Shown: positions 12,057 through 23,197 of the stretch, piece after piece
Position numbering within the stretch: position 1 is the stretch's first letter
How the letters are laid out: each line of letters begins with the position of its first letter
Source of the DNA: Euprymna scolopes
Taxonomy: Eukaryota
DNA: 64,000 nucleotides
Assembly (NCBI GenBank): GCA_053919585.1
Contig: CM132787.1
Strand: one strand, 5' to 3'
Notes under the pieces: model-generated
The model's input: the letters and a program-made list of their open reading frames with translations, nothing else
What the model was told of the DNA's origin: nothing
Databases searched by the model: none
Translations under genes and position numbers: made by a program

Positions 12057-12819
12057 TTAAAAGCACGCAGATGTCTTAGCTTCATACTGTGTTTCTCCCA
12101 GACAAATAAACCCTACGTTCATGTCGTGACCACTGCTGCGTAGACGGGGTTCTGATTAACGGCGAGTGTTCTGCGCCGTATAACTGGACCTCCACTGCCT
12201 TCTAGGCTAAGGTTCTTTTAACCAAAACTAATGTGAGATATCCCTGACAGAAACCTCCAGAGGAGATTAGGCTCTGTCAGCTGCAGCATACATGACCCAC
12301 CGACGTGTCGATTATGCTCTGATGCCCATCAACCTACATCCCAGTAATGGATCAAGTGGCATGGTGGGTGGAGAGGGCTCCCGTAAGACATTGTGAGGGA
12401 AAATTCGATAGGAGAAGCAAAACCCTGAGATTTAAACCTGCGGCAACTGCTGCCCCAATGATGTTGACTTGCTCTTCTTTTTGGGTCAATGTAGCAGATG
12501 TTTAGAGAGTGGGATTGTCTCAGTGCAAAGTCTTTCCTCACTATAAAAAGTTTCAAGAACATGCATTACTTGTTAAACGGTAAACGGGCATTAAATGAGG
12601 ACTGATGCGGATATGGGCGTGAGTGGCATTAAAGGCTCTGGAACATCCAGGGTCTGGCTTGGTAGGTGGTAAGGGCACCACAGTTTGGATCCGGTCATCA
12701 GTGGATTATCGTTTCATAGAGGTGACCGTCTGACACGTGCTGCTACTTGCGCTCATGTTTGCGTCATTTGAGTCAGAGATATAATAAGTAATTACAATAC
12801 TCGAGAACGAGTTGCTACT

Positions 12820-12822
<3 letters not shown>
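12056..12822 (+). mobile_element. GC-richer insert between two (TA)n tracts, possibly the 5' region of an RTE-clade LINE
   Basis: Sharp composition change with (TA)n on both sides. GGAGAAGCAAAACCCTGAGATTTAAACC (~12411-12438) resembles a motif I recall from RTE 5' UTRs. No RT or endonuclease motifs seen. Confidence 0.3.
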
Positions 12823-12887
<65 letters not shown>

Positions 12888-13004
12888 TATATTATATCGT
12901 CGTTTTCTTACTCTATTGATTTTATATAAGCTCGAAAAGGCTTTGCGAGTTTTGAATTATTCCGATACATCTCTTCAAAAAATTATATTATCTTTTTAAC
13001 CCCT

Positions 13005-13073
<69 letters not shown>

Positions 13074-13261
13074 CATAAAAATATGATTTTTTCTTTATGT
13101 ACCTATAGTCATTACATAAAAAAATAAAAATTGTAAATTTGCTCTCTTCGATTAAGCACTTTCAACGAACGTGGGAAGTCAATAAGTCTAATCGTTTAGA
13201 CATTTTCAACATGGAATATATATGTTACATGAAAAGGGCTGCCCCTTATCATGTATGTTTC

Positions 13262-16200
13262 TTTTTCATGGAGTTCACCACTTATCAAGGGCCAATGGCC
13301 ACTCAGGGATAAGTGTTATTGTGTGTACAGTAATCAAAGGGATAGTGTAGCAATAGTATTGGAGAATTGGTAAGGTGCCATTACTTAGAGGGGGGGTCAT
13401 CAGGAATTTGTTTGTGTTGGACTTGAAGACATCCATGATGAGGCCGGGAGGGAAACAGGCAAGCGGAACAAAGTTCCACAGGCGTGCAGTTCTAAGAAAG
13501 AAGATTTGTTCATGGTATTTGTTCATGGTGAGGCACAGATAGGGAGTGGGAAAATTATTGACGGTGGTTTCAGTTAGTCGGGTGTTTTTTGGCGAGGGGG
13601 GACCAGAGAATGGAGCTCAGACGAGCACTTGCCATGGAAATAACGATAGAACAATGGCAGGCTCGCTACGTCTCTTCTGTGGGAAAGAGGTTGCAGGGTA
13701 GAGAAAAGGGCATCCCCCAATAAACCACGAAGTCTATTTTGTACTCTGTCAAGGCAGGATAGGCTGTTTTTAGCAGCTCCCGCCAAGATGCGGCAGCAGT
13801 ATTCCATCTTTGGACGTACTTGGCTCTTATATAGATATAGAATTGCATCATTAGTGATATATCTTCTGGAGAAGTAGAAGGATCCCATCATTTTCCCAGC
13901 GACCTTGGCCACAGACTTGATGTATGTGTTCCATGTAAGATCAGGTGTAAAGGTCAAACCCAGGAGCTTATCAAAACCTGGGGCCCCCCTTCGATGAGAG
14001 CAATCCATTTCAATTGATGCCAGATGGGGATCAGAGCGTTTATGATGCAGAGATAGGAGCTTGTTCTTAGATGCATTAAAGGTAACCAGCCACCTCTTTC
14101 CCCACTGTACCACGCACTCAAGATCAGAGAAAAGAGAATCAGAGAAAACATCATCATTTACGGCCTTTGATGTGTTGCCGTAGATGGTCGTGTCATCAGC
14201 AGAGATGTCAACGAAAGATTTTAGTATGTGTTTTGGGAGATCATTGATGTAGATCAGGAAGAGAGTTGGGCCCAGTATGGACCCTTGAGGGACTCCAGCA
14301 TTAATACTGTGGACCTCTGATTTCTGTCAACCACTACTCTTATGAGCCTATCTGAGAGAAATGACTTAATGATCGAGAAAACATTTCCAGTTATACCGTA
14401 GCTGGAAATCTTGTGTAGTGGGCATTTATGCGAAACCTTATAGAAGGTATTTGATATGTCGAGAGCAATTGCCCTAGAAATTAAGCCTTTGTCGAGAGAT
14501 TCGCTAATCCTTTGAGATATAGCCGTTAGCACATCTGCTGTAGATCTAGCAGAGCGAAAACCATATTGCGTGTCGCTAAGAAGGTTATTGCTGCTGAGGT
14601 GGTTGACTACTTCTCTATTTATTGTGGATTCCAGCAACTTAATCATGACACACGGAAGACTTATTGGTCTGTACTGAGAGAGGGGTGACTTATCACCTGA
14701 ATTCTTAAATACAGGGCATACTGGTGAGGTTTTCCAGGGTGTTGGGAAGCACTTCTCCTTAAGGCAACGCTTAAACAGTTTGGTAAGTATGGGGGCAAGT
14801 TCTGGTTGTAATTTTTTCAGCACTATAATTGGAATACCGTCGGGACCAATTGCTTTACTGGAGTAAAGGTTCTTGATTAGCTTGCTGACCTTACTCACAG
14901 TTATTTGTATGTTGCATCGCGTGTTGTCTGTTGTAGGAGGGAATATGGGGAGTTGATGGCCTTCGTCACACATGGTAGAATTTGCCGCAAAGTTTTTGGC
15001 AAATAGTTTGGCCTTGTCTGAAGCTGACGAGATGACCTCTGGTCCGTTGATAATGGTTGGGATAGAACGCACGTTTCCGTTCAGGATCCTATTTGCTATT
15101 TGCCAGAACTGGTGGGAACCAAGCTGCTACTCAGCTACTTTGGATTTAACGGATTGAGCATATAGTGCTCTTGCATTTTTTATTACTCTTTTACAGTGGT
15201 TGATGGCGATCCTGAAAGCAGTTTTAGTCTCAGTTCATCTATTACGTTGGTAGCTACGGAAAAAAGTGATTTATGTGTGCGATGGCAGCAGCACATTCAG
15301 GAGAGAACCATGGCTGTTAAGTTTTTGTTGGAATTTTTGGATGGTATGAATTGGTCCATTCCTACAAGTAACCATTCGGTCAGGTCTAGTACTATAGAGG
15401 ACACATCCTTTTTAAACATAGAATGGAGAGGTAGATCAGATATGAATGTACGGAAGCTATCCCAGCCCGCCATAGAGTATCGGTATACAGTACGGTGGAG
15501 AAGTACGTCTGTAGATTTATTATATTTCATTTTTATCTTAACTGATACGACGCAGTGGTCGGAGGATCCCAGAGGAGATAGAACCGAACATGTGCATAGC
15601 TCAGGGGAAGTGGATAGAAAAAGGTCTAGAAGGCTTGCGTACTGACCGGTACTATCGGGCACTCGGGTGGGCTCGCGGACACTCTGAGGGAGGTCATAGG
15701 CAATGGCAAAATCATGACAGAACCTCTCCTCATCATCAGTCTTATTTGAGTGGGTCAGCCATTCCACATTATGGACACTGAAGTTACCGCAAATGTGAAT
15801 GTTAGCCGAGGGATGAGCAGACAAGATGTGGCCAACTTTTTCTGATATACTCTTAAAGACAGTAACTCCGCTGTTGTGGGCAAATATAAATGCGGTGGTG
15901 TACGCAAGTGCAACCCGGAAGTACATATAAGGTAGGGTCTTCTCTGGCGATATCCCTGCCACATGGTAAGCCATCTTTAATTTAGGCACACATTCCCTGT
16001 CCGTGGCGATATTGGGGGTCAGATTTAAATGTTAAGTTAGAGTATCCTTTAATTATGAACTCATCTAGGGAGGTGGTCGGTCCTATTCCAATTCCACTTA
16101 GAAATAATATGTCAGGTTTCGTCTCCTGTAATTGGGGTTCAACCGCTGGAAGGTTAGAACCTAGACTCCTGATGATGGAGAAGGAGACATGGAAGTAGGG

Positions 16201-16712
16201 GTCTACGTAGGAGGATGGAGTTCTAGGTTTATTCCTGTTTTCTTTTTTGAGATATTTCATGTTGAGGATTTTGGGGTTTGTGGAACACGTCACAATACTT
16301 GGTTAGAGCAGAACAGAGAGGGAAAGTAAGAGAGGAAAGACAGGATTTTTTTTTGTAGAACATGATAAGGTAAAGCCATAACAATTACCCACTAGTATGG
16401 CATCGAGAAGCCCCACCAGAGACTACTGCATTGTTTAGAATCCATTAACCAAATGGAAATACAGCAGCCCCAGTACTTTGCACTTGCTGATAGGACAGCC
16501 TCCTTTGTGGTTATTCTAAGGTTCAGGTCCCTGACTATCAGGCGGTTAACGTCAGCCCAGATGAAAACGTTTACCCTCAGCACCCTTACTTTTGACATAG
16601 CCGCAAGGATAGACATAGAGACAGAAAATTTCCGACATCTCATACTACTGTTCACGAAGTACTACCGACCTGCGAAGCAGCTTTTTCTTCACCCTTTGTC
16701 AGAAACATCACT

Positions 16713-16713
<1 letters not shown>
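13262..16713 (-). mobile_element. Near full-length CR1-group non-LTR retrotransposon (APE endonuclease plus RT), frameshifted
   Basis: APE motifs IIRSLGSN, KPDILFLS, ICGNFSVH, LLDLFL and GSSDH. RT motifs GPDGI, YRPISL, QYGFR, ALDIS, GVPQGSILGPTLFLIYINDL, SADDTT, FNASK, LYKSQVRPKMEYC and LSHRRDVASL..FYRYFHG. Spread over ORFs 15982-16293, 15297-15989, 14254-15072, 13574-14113 and 13275-13526. About 450 bp of 5' leader with no ORF1 evident. Confidence 0.9.
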
Positions 16714-16784
<71 letters not shown>

Positions 16785-16785
<1 letters not shown>

Positions 16786-17625
16786 TAGCTAGGGTACCCG
16801 GCATTGCCCAGGCCATATAAAAAACGAACGAGGAAGTTGGGTTTCAATACATCTGCCATATAAATTTCTTATCCTGTGGAATTTCGAACAAAGCATAACT
16901 ATGTTACTCTTACCGGGCAACGCAGCCTTTTAACATAATTTCTCTATTCAAGATACGACATCCAGTTATGCCGCATAAATTTCCTTGTATAACATTTTAT
17001 AACAAATCACAAGTACATCTTTTTGTAAATGTCGTTCTTTAAAAAATAACAAGAAAACAATTTAAATAAATTTAATTTGTCACGATATATAAAAATGACG
17101 AGATTTTGAGTCGCTTATTTTGTCTAAAATAGAATATCAAAACATATTAATGTTACTGTTCTCGGAAAACGCGGTCTTTTAACATATTATTACTTTCCTA
17201 TCAACAATAACACCGTAGAGATTTTCCTGTATAAAATTTACTATCAAAACACACTGTAATTTTATTGTAAATACCCTTCTTTAAAAATTGTTTAACGTGA
17301 TTACGACATTTAAAACTCCCGGGCAATTTCATGTAGATTATAAAATATATCAATCGAACGATGCCTACCTGTGTTTGTGTCTGTCTCTTTTTTTTAATTC
17401 TTTCTGCTCCAAGAGGAATGGTCATTGGACGGCATGCAGTAGTTCAAAAGATTGCAGTTTTGGTGCAAACTTTTATTAGAGGCATTTACTCGGTTAAAAT
17501 AATTGCTAAGAAGTGCAAAGAGGGGTTCAAACCTAAAGGAAATAATACCTTGGCGAGAATAGCGCCATGGTTTTGTTCAGCGTATGCTCACGTGCTGAAA
17601 CACAGACATTTATTTATTTTATAAA
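16785..17625 (-). mobile_element. Non-autonomous Helitron on the minus strand
   Basis: ACTAGCTAGGGTACCCGGCATTGCCC is the reverse complement of the GGGCAAyGCCGGGTAC...CTAG|T 3' end seen at 5191 and 57237. The far end ACACAGACATTTATTTATTTTATAAAT resembles a reversed 5' end. Internal repeat at ~16901 and ~17150, with another copy at ~19880. Confidence 0.55.
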
Positions 17626-17850
17626 TGTACAACTCTTTTGATGCAGCTGCCCCTTTGGTGTAGCCTACTACTAATATCACTGTTGCGGTTTCAATCTCCA
17701 CCATTTTTGTTTTTACTTTGTGAATTACTTTTTTTTCCATTCCAATATTCTTGACTTTTCAATGTTTGTATAAAATAATTATACAAGAACACTATCATAA
17801 AAACTACAGAAGAATGTTTTATGTACGTACTTCACGAAATAAATACATAA

Positions 17851-17887
<37 letters not shown>

Positions 17888-17896
17888 TTAATAATA

Positions 17897-18480
17897 ATAG
17901 GAGCACTGGGAACAATCCCGAAACACTTTGAAAAAGAACAATGGGCAAAATTGAAATAAAAAAATGGCTAGAAAAATACAATGAACAACAATACTGAAAA
18001 CAGCTGTAATATTTAAGAATACCCTCGAATCTGGAGACTAACATACACGAACTACAAGCGCGTACCAGGCCAACTGCTACAGAGGTAAAACATGAAGCGC
18101 TACATGGACCAAGAAAATTTAAGCTGCATACCTATAAATTCTCTAACCCCATGCCCATCCCCCTATTACCACAATATTGCCCTCCTCCAAAAGAGTGAGA
18201 CTGAATAGTCAAGGAGGAAAGAAAGATCGAGGAGTGATCACTGACCAGACCTTCACTTTATAAATGCGAAGAGAACTGGGACCTTAGGAAGGCTTATTGT
18301 CACTCAAATTCCAGTAAAGAGCAATGGCCGCCTCCAACGAAAAATCAATGGCAAGCAGCTGTTGCGATAATACACGCTTATTTGCAAATGTTATCGAAAG
18401 AGGTGGAGAGTAATGGAAAATCTGCGGATACTTGTTGTCACTCAGCTTCCAGGGAACATCGCAAGCTGTATTCAATGAAA
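17897..18480 (+). mobile_element. 5'-truncated R4/Dong-like retrotransposon 3' end
   Basis: Immediately follows (TAA)n. Translates (with a frameshift) as IGALGTIPKHFEK...KIQ*TTILKTAVIFKNTLESGD*, the typical C-terminus of R4/Dong RLE proteins. TTGTCACTCA..TCCAG tail motifs at ~18297 and ~18435. Confidence 0.65.
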
Positions 18481-20049
18481 TCTTTGATAAGATGTGTTAA
18501 AGCTCCTTGTGAGACCATAATAATTAAGAAAAAATGCTTTATCCGACACAGAACGAAAACGTCACATTGCAAAATCACGTAACTTTGAGCAAGTTGGTTA
18601 TTTTTCCCCCTGTAAATGATGTTTTCCCTTCTTTACATGGATTAATCTATGAATTAAGTTGTTTTTGATTTTAACATCTTTACATTCTTACAGTCTCTTC
18701 GTTGCAATTAGAATATTTGTTGTGAAAATCCAAAGTTCTACGTATTTTACTATAACATTTAGAAAAATCATTACAATGTACAATTTACATACCCGACACG
18801 TAACTAAAGCGTAATATTCCAAAAAGTCACATAATAAATCAAGTGGTTATTTTATTTATTTATTTATTTATTTTCAGAAAATCATTTTCTTTTTTTTTTA
18901 ATTTTTTGTGCTTTAGTAACTCATGATTAGAATATGAATAAAGCTGATATTTGACACTGGTATTCCTGTCATTTTCTTTACACAGAATAATCGGAGCTAA
19001 CTCAGTTTTGAAGTTTATTTGAATTCGAAATTCCTACCAAAAAGTTTATTGTTTATTTTGATTACAACTTTAGTTTGAATCCTAATATACTTATTGACCC
19101 GAATAAACTTTCTAAACAAAAAGTTTACAATGATATTTAGTAAATTGTTTATCATTACAAAAAACAACTGTTGACCTATGGGCTGTTTTCTTTTGGCAAC
19201 TTGAAATAATTCTCGTGACTAAAATAAGAATTAATTCCTGAAAAATATCGTTCAGTCACGACACCATACACGTCTTGTCGTCGGATAAACAAAAACTAAT
19301 GACAACATACCTTTTTATTGATTTTGAACAGGCTTGGCTATTTTGTTCTTCTATCAAAGTAATTGCCCATATATTTTAGCAATTCTGTTTTCGAGAATAT
19401 TTTGATCATACTTATTTTTAAGTTCAGTGTTCAGCCTTATTCATAATTGATATGTTTTAAAAATTGATTTTTCACTAAAAGTTTTCTTTATCTTTTATTA
19501 TACCATTCAAGATTTACAAGAACACTTGAAAAACTTTGTTACACATTTTTATTGGTTAAGAATAATAACCTTAAACTGTTGCCTCAATTATATTTCATGA
19601 AAAAACCCTGCACAACAGTTATTAACCAAGAAAAATACTATAATGCCAAAATAGGTCGATCTTTGATGAACTAATAAAACATTATTAAAATTAAAGTCTG
19701 GGAAAAGCATGTTGAAAGTACCAAAATTTAATCAAGCAAACATAAGCGGCCAATCGATTTGTCATATCGAGCACGCGAAAATAAAAAAAAATGCACATAC
19801 TGTTATGAACAGTACATAGGGCGTAATCAAAGCGGGGCTGAACTGCTAGCCTTTAATAAAAGAGTACAACCAAACATATTAATATTACTTTTTCCGAGAA
19901 ACGCAGCCTTTTAACACATTGCTCTGTCAAAGATACGACCTCCACTTGCGCCTAAATCCAAAAGGCAAATAGTGACTAGTTCATATGTAGCAGCATAACC
20001 CTTCTCAAAATTAAGAGCCAGCAATCTTTTGGGGTATTCCTTGAATTAG

Positions 20050-20900
20050 TCGGTTGCAATGTACCAGTGAAAAAACATCCCGCTTCTCTTTCATTTTAGC
20101 TTAAACCCAGATTTGAAAATTTATCATTGCGTTGCTATTGTTTGATGTAATGCCATACATTTCGATAGAATTGAAATGGAGAGATTGTGCCGGTCAATCC
20201 AAACACGGAATATCATGCTCTTCAAAAATCCTCTTGACATTGTGAAAGAGAGCATTATCTTGCATGAAGATGGGATCATCATACAAATTCCGGCTAAAGT
20301 AGGGTACAAAATCAGTTAACATATTAATGAGCTTATTCGAATTAATTCGACTGGGCAAGAGAAATAAAGGCCATGAAACATTAGGACTAAAATGCCTCAC
20401 AATAAAACTAAATATTCACCACCTTGTAGCATTGAAATTTTGTACCTAGGATTAAATTCTTTAATTAGCCTTTAATCACTACCTAAATTATTAAACTTAA
20501 TGAAGCCGCTACAAATTACTTTCGAGTAATATGAAGAATCATGATCTTCATTTCACCTGACGATGTACAAACATCGCTTTCTCCTTTTTTATAAAAATCA
20601 TACAGCACAGCCTTGCAAACTAAAATCCTTCAATCAATTTTTAACTGTAGAAGGAGCGCACATTTTAACAAGATTACGCTCTTGTTGAATTTGCAGAGCC
20701 GTTTTAAATCTGTTTCTGGGGCTTCAAATCTTGATGGCCTCGTCGTTTCTTTAAGAAGTAAGTCTAGAACGCATCAGGACTTGTGTCGGTGTTTTGGTTT
20801 ATTTGAAGAGTAATTCGTACATTTTTCCTATCACATTTAAATCTTGCGGCCGCTATCTCGATTGGATAAACCAAAAGGATGATGATTAATGAACTCCTAA
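20050..20900 (-). pseudogene. Tc1-like transposase remnant
   Basis: IFMQDNALFH...IPCLD*PAQSLHFNSIENVWHYIK corresponds to the Tc1 QDNAPxH / WPxxSPDLNPIENxW motifs. Heavily decayed; termini not found. Confidence 0.7.
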
Positions 20901-21174
20901 GGATAATTAAGAGGGAATCGGACCATATGTGTTAAATGTTACGTTGTATAACCTGGACAATCACAATTACGATTAGAGATGCTTTGTTGCCTAAAAAGTA
21001 AATATTTTAGGCTGGTTTTAAGCTGATATTAGCTGCCGGATTTCCATTTGCCTTCTCAGTTCAAGTTACTTTTTTAATTGACGTGAACACTACGAGACTT
21101 AAATTAATGCCATAGATAAACGGGTAAAATTCTAGAGAAATAAAATGCAAATCAAATGAGGTATTACATTAAAC

Positions 21175-22461
21175 GGTACTCGTGCATTTAACGAACCAGA
21201 CGTAACTCAGCATTTGCTCGGCTTTGTCCGACGCATGACGTCAACAGCCAGATATAACCGAGCGTTGCCGATTAAGCAGACGAGAAGTTCGCTATCAATT
21301 GGAAGAGCGTCACAACTCAAGAAACGCTTATTTGAAGAGAGTTTAAAAAATGTTGTTTTAAAAAGATAACTGACGAAATAATACTGAATATTACAAACCT
21401 TGCGGACCAGCTCCAGACCCCAGAGGCTGCACTAAACTTTTGCTAGCAACGGAAATTGTTGGCAGAGGAGAAAAGGTGTTTTCATTTTGGCCAGGATTGT
21501 GTACTTGCAAAGAGAACAAGCCTTTCCGACGGTTACGGTTGGAGGTGTAGAAGTGTAACATGTTGTCGATGGACCTCCATTAGGATTGGGCCCTTCTTCT
21601 CAAAATCCCGACTAACCATCGCATGTATAATAAAAATAATATGCTTATGGGCGTTCGAGATGGCATCTACAAAAATCTTCATCGCGAATGTGGGTTACGT
21701 TATCGCCACACAATTGTGGATTGGAAAATTTTCCTGCGTGATATATGCAGGGACTATTTTCTTAGGAATCCCCGGCAGATTGGAGGCTCAAGCCATACGG
21801 TAGAAATCGACGAGTTCGTTTTTAACCGCAGAAAACACAATGTCGGCAGACTTCTGACACCGGTCTGGGTCTTCGGTGGATACGACCCCGCCGAAAAGGA
21901 GCGTTTCTTGGTCACTGTACCAAATAGGAACGCCGAAACCCCCCTTCCACTAATAAATAAAAAAAAATCCTTGTTTCTGGCGAAAAAAATGTACAATTAA
22001 TCCTTGTTCCTGCTCCCCCCAAATGTTTTTATTGCCCTCTTTTAGGCTTTTTACATTTATTTGACATGAAGAGTTGCAAAAAAAAATAATAGCTTTTACG
22101 TGTTTAAGTCATAGAAAATATGTTTTTTACGTTAAAAATTGAAAAAAAAAAAACAGTTCAGACAAAAAAAAGTTTCCTATTATTTAACAAAAAAAAAACC
22201 TGTTTTATCTGTATTTATTTTAAAAACAGAAAACAATTTCAAACAATAATAAAAAACATAAATGAACAGTAGGTTTTTGCTTTTTGCTTATTTAATTTTT
22301 TTATGTTTCTACATTTTACAACTTCATTGTACAGTTATTTTGTTGTAGCATTGTTTTTATTTTATTGCCAACGCTCGATTTTATCCGGCTGTTGACGTCA
22401 TGCGCCGGACAAAGCCGAGCAAATGCTGAGTTACGTCTGGTTCGTTAAATGCACAAGTACC
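21175..22461 (+). mobile_element. Merlin (IS1016/ISXO2-like) DNA transposon, internally deleted
   Basis: ~100-bp TIRs GGTACTCGTGCATTTAACGAACCAGACGTAACTCAGCATTTGCTCGGCTTTGTCC... and its inverse ending GCACAAGTACC. Perfect 8-bp TSD CATTAAAC at 21167-21174 and 22462-22469. Confidence 0.93.
21370..22000 (+). pseudogene. Merlin/ISXO2-like transposase, frameshifted and C-terminally truncated
   Basis: Zn-ribbon-like WRCRSVTCCRWTSIRIGPFFSKSRL, then TVEIDEFVFNRRKHNVGR, VWVFGGY and VPNRNAET.LPLI. The second Asp and the Glu of the DDE are missing. Confidence 0.88.
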
Positions 22462-22555
22462 CATTAAACAGCTACATTAAATTTTGCTTAAATTTGCGGT
22501 TTTTTCAACAAAAAATGACAAGTTAAGGCTTTCTTCTTGGCGCCACTCGTGGCGC

Positions 22556-22626
<71 letters not shown>

Positions 22627-22797
22627 TAAAATTTACATTCCTTCATTACATAAAACTTCCTGCATATAGTAAGCATTTAGTAAACAGTTTTTTTGTTCTG
22701 ATGTTTTTAAATTAACCAAATCAATGATAAAATATCAGAACATCAAGACAAATAAAAGAATATATTTACTTGGACATTGATTTTACAGTTCATGATA

Positions 22798-22837
<40 letters not shown>

Positions 22838-23131
22838 AAGCATAGAAAATGGCGTTCTTTTATTATGTTTTTTTGTTTGTTTTTGTTCAAATAGTGAACA
22901 TTATTGCACGATTACATGTACACGCTTATATCGTTTTTTTTTTAAATTTTAGCATTGCTATAGTTTCTGAGATTTAAAAATTCCATCAATAAGTTCAGGT
23001 TCACTGTTGTTTAGTCAGCTTATTGCTTAAAACCCAGGCAAGCTTATACATCAAACAACAGGTGTGGTTAAATGGACATGTAAATATATATTGGAAAATT
23101 GCATATTCTTTCTGAATGTTTTAACTTCTGC

Positions 23132-23197
<66 letters not shown>

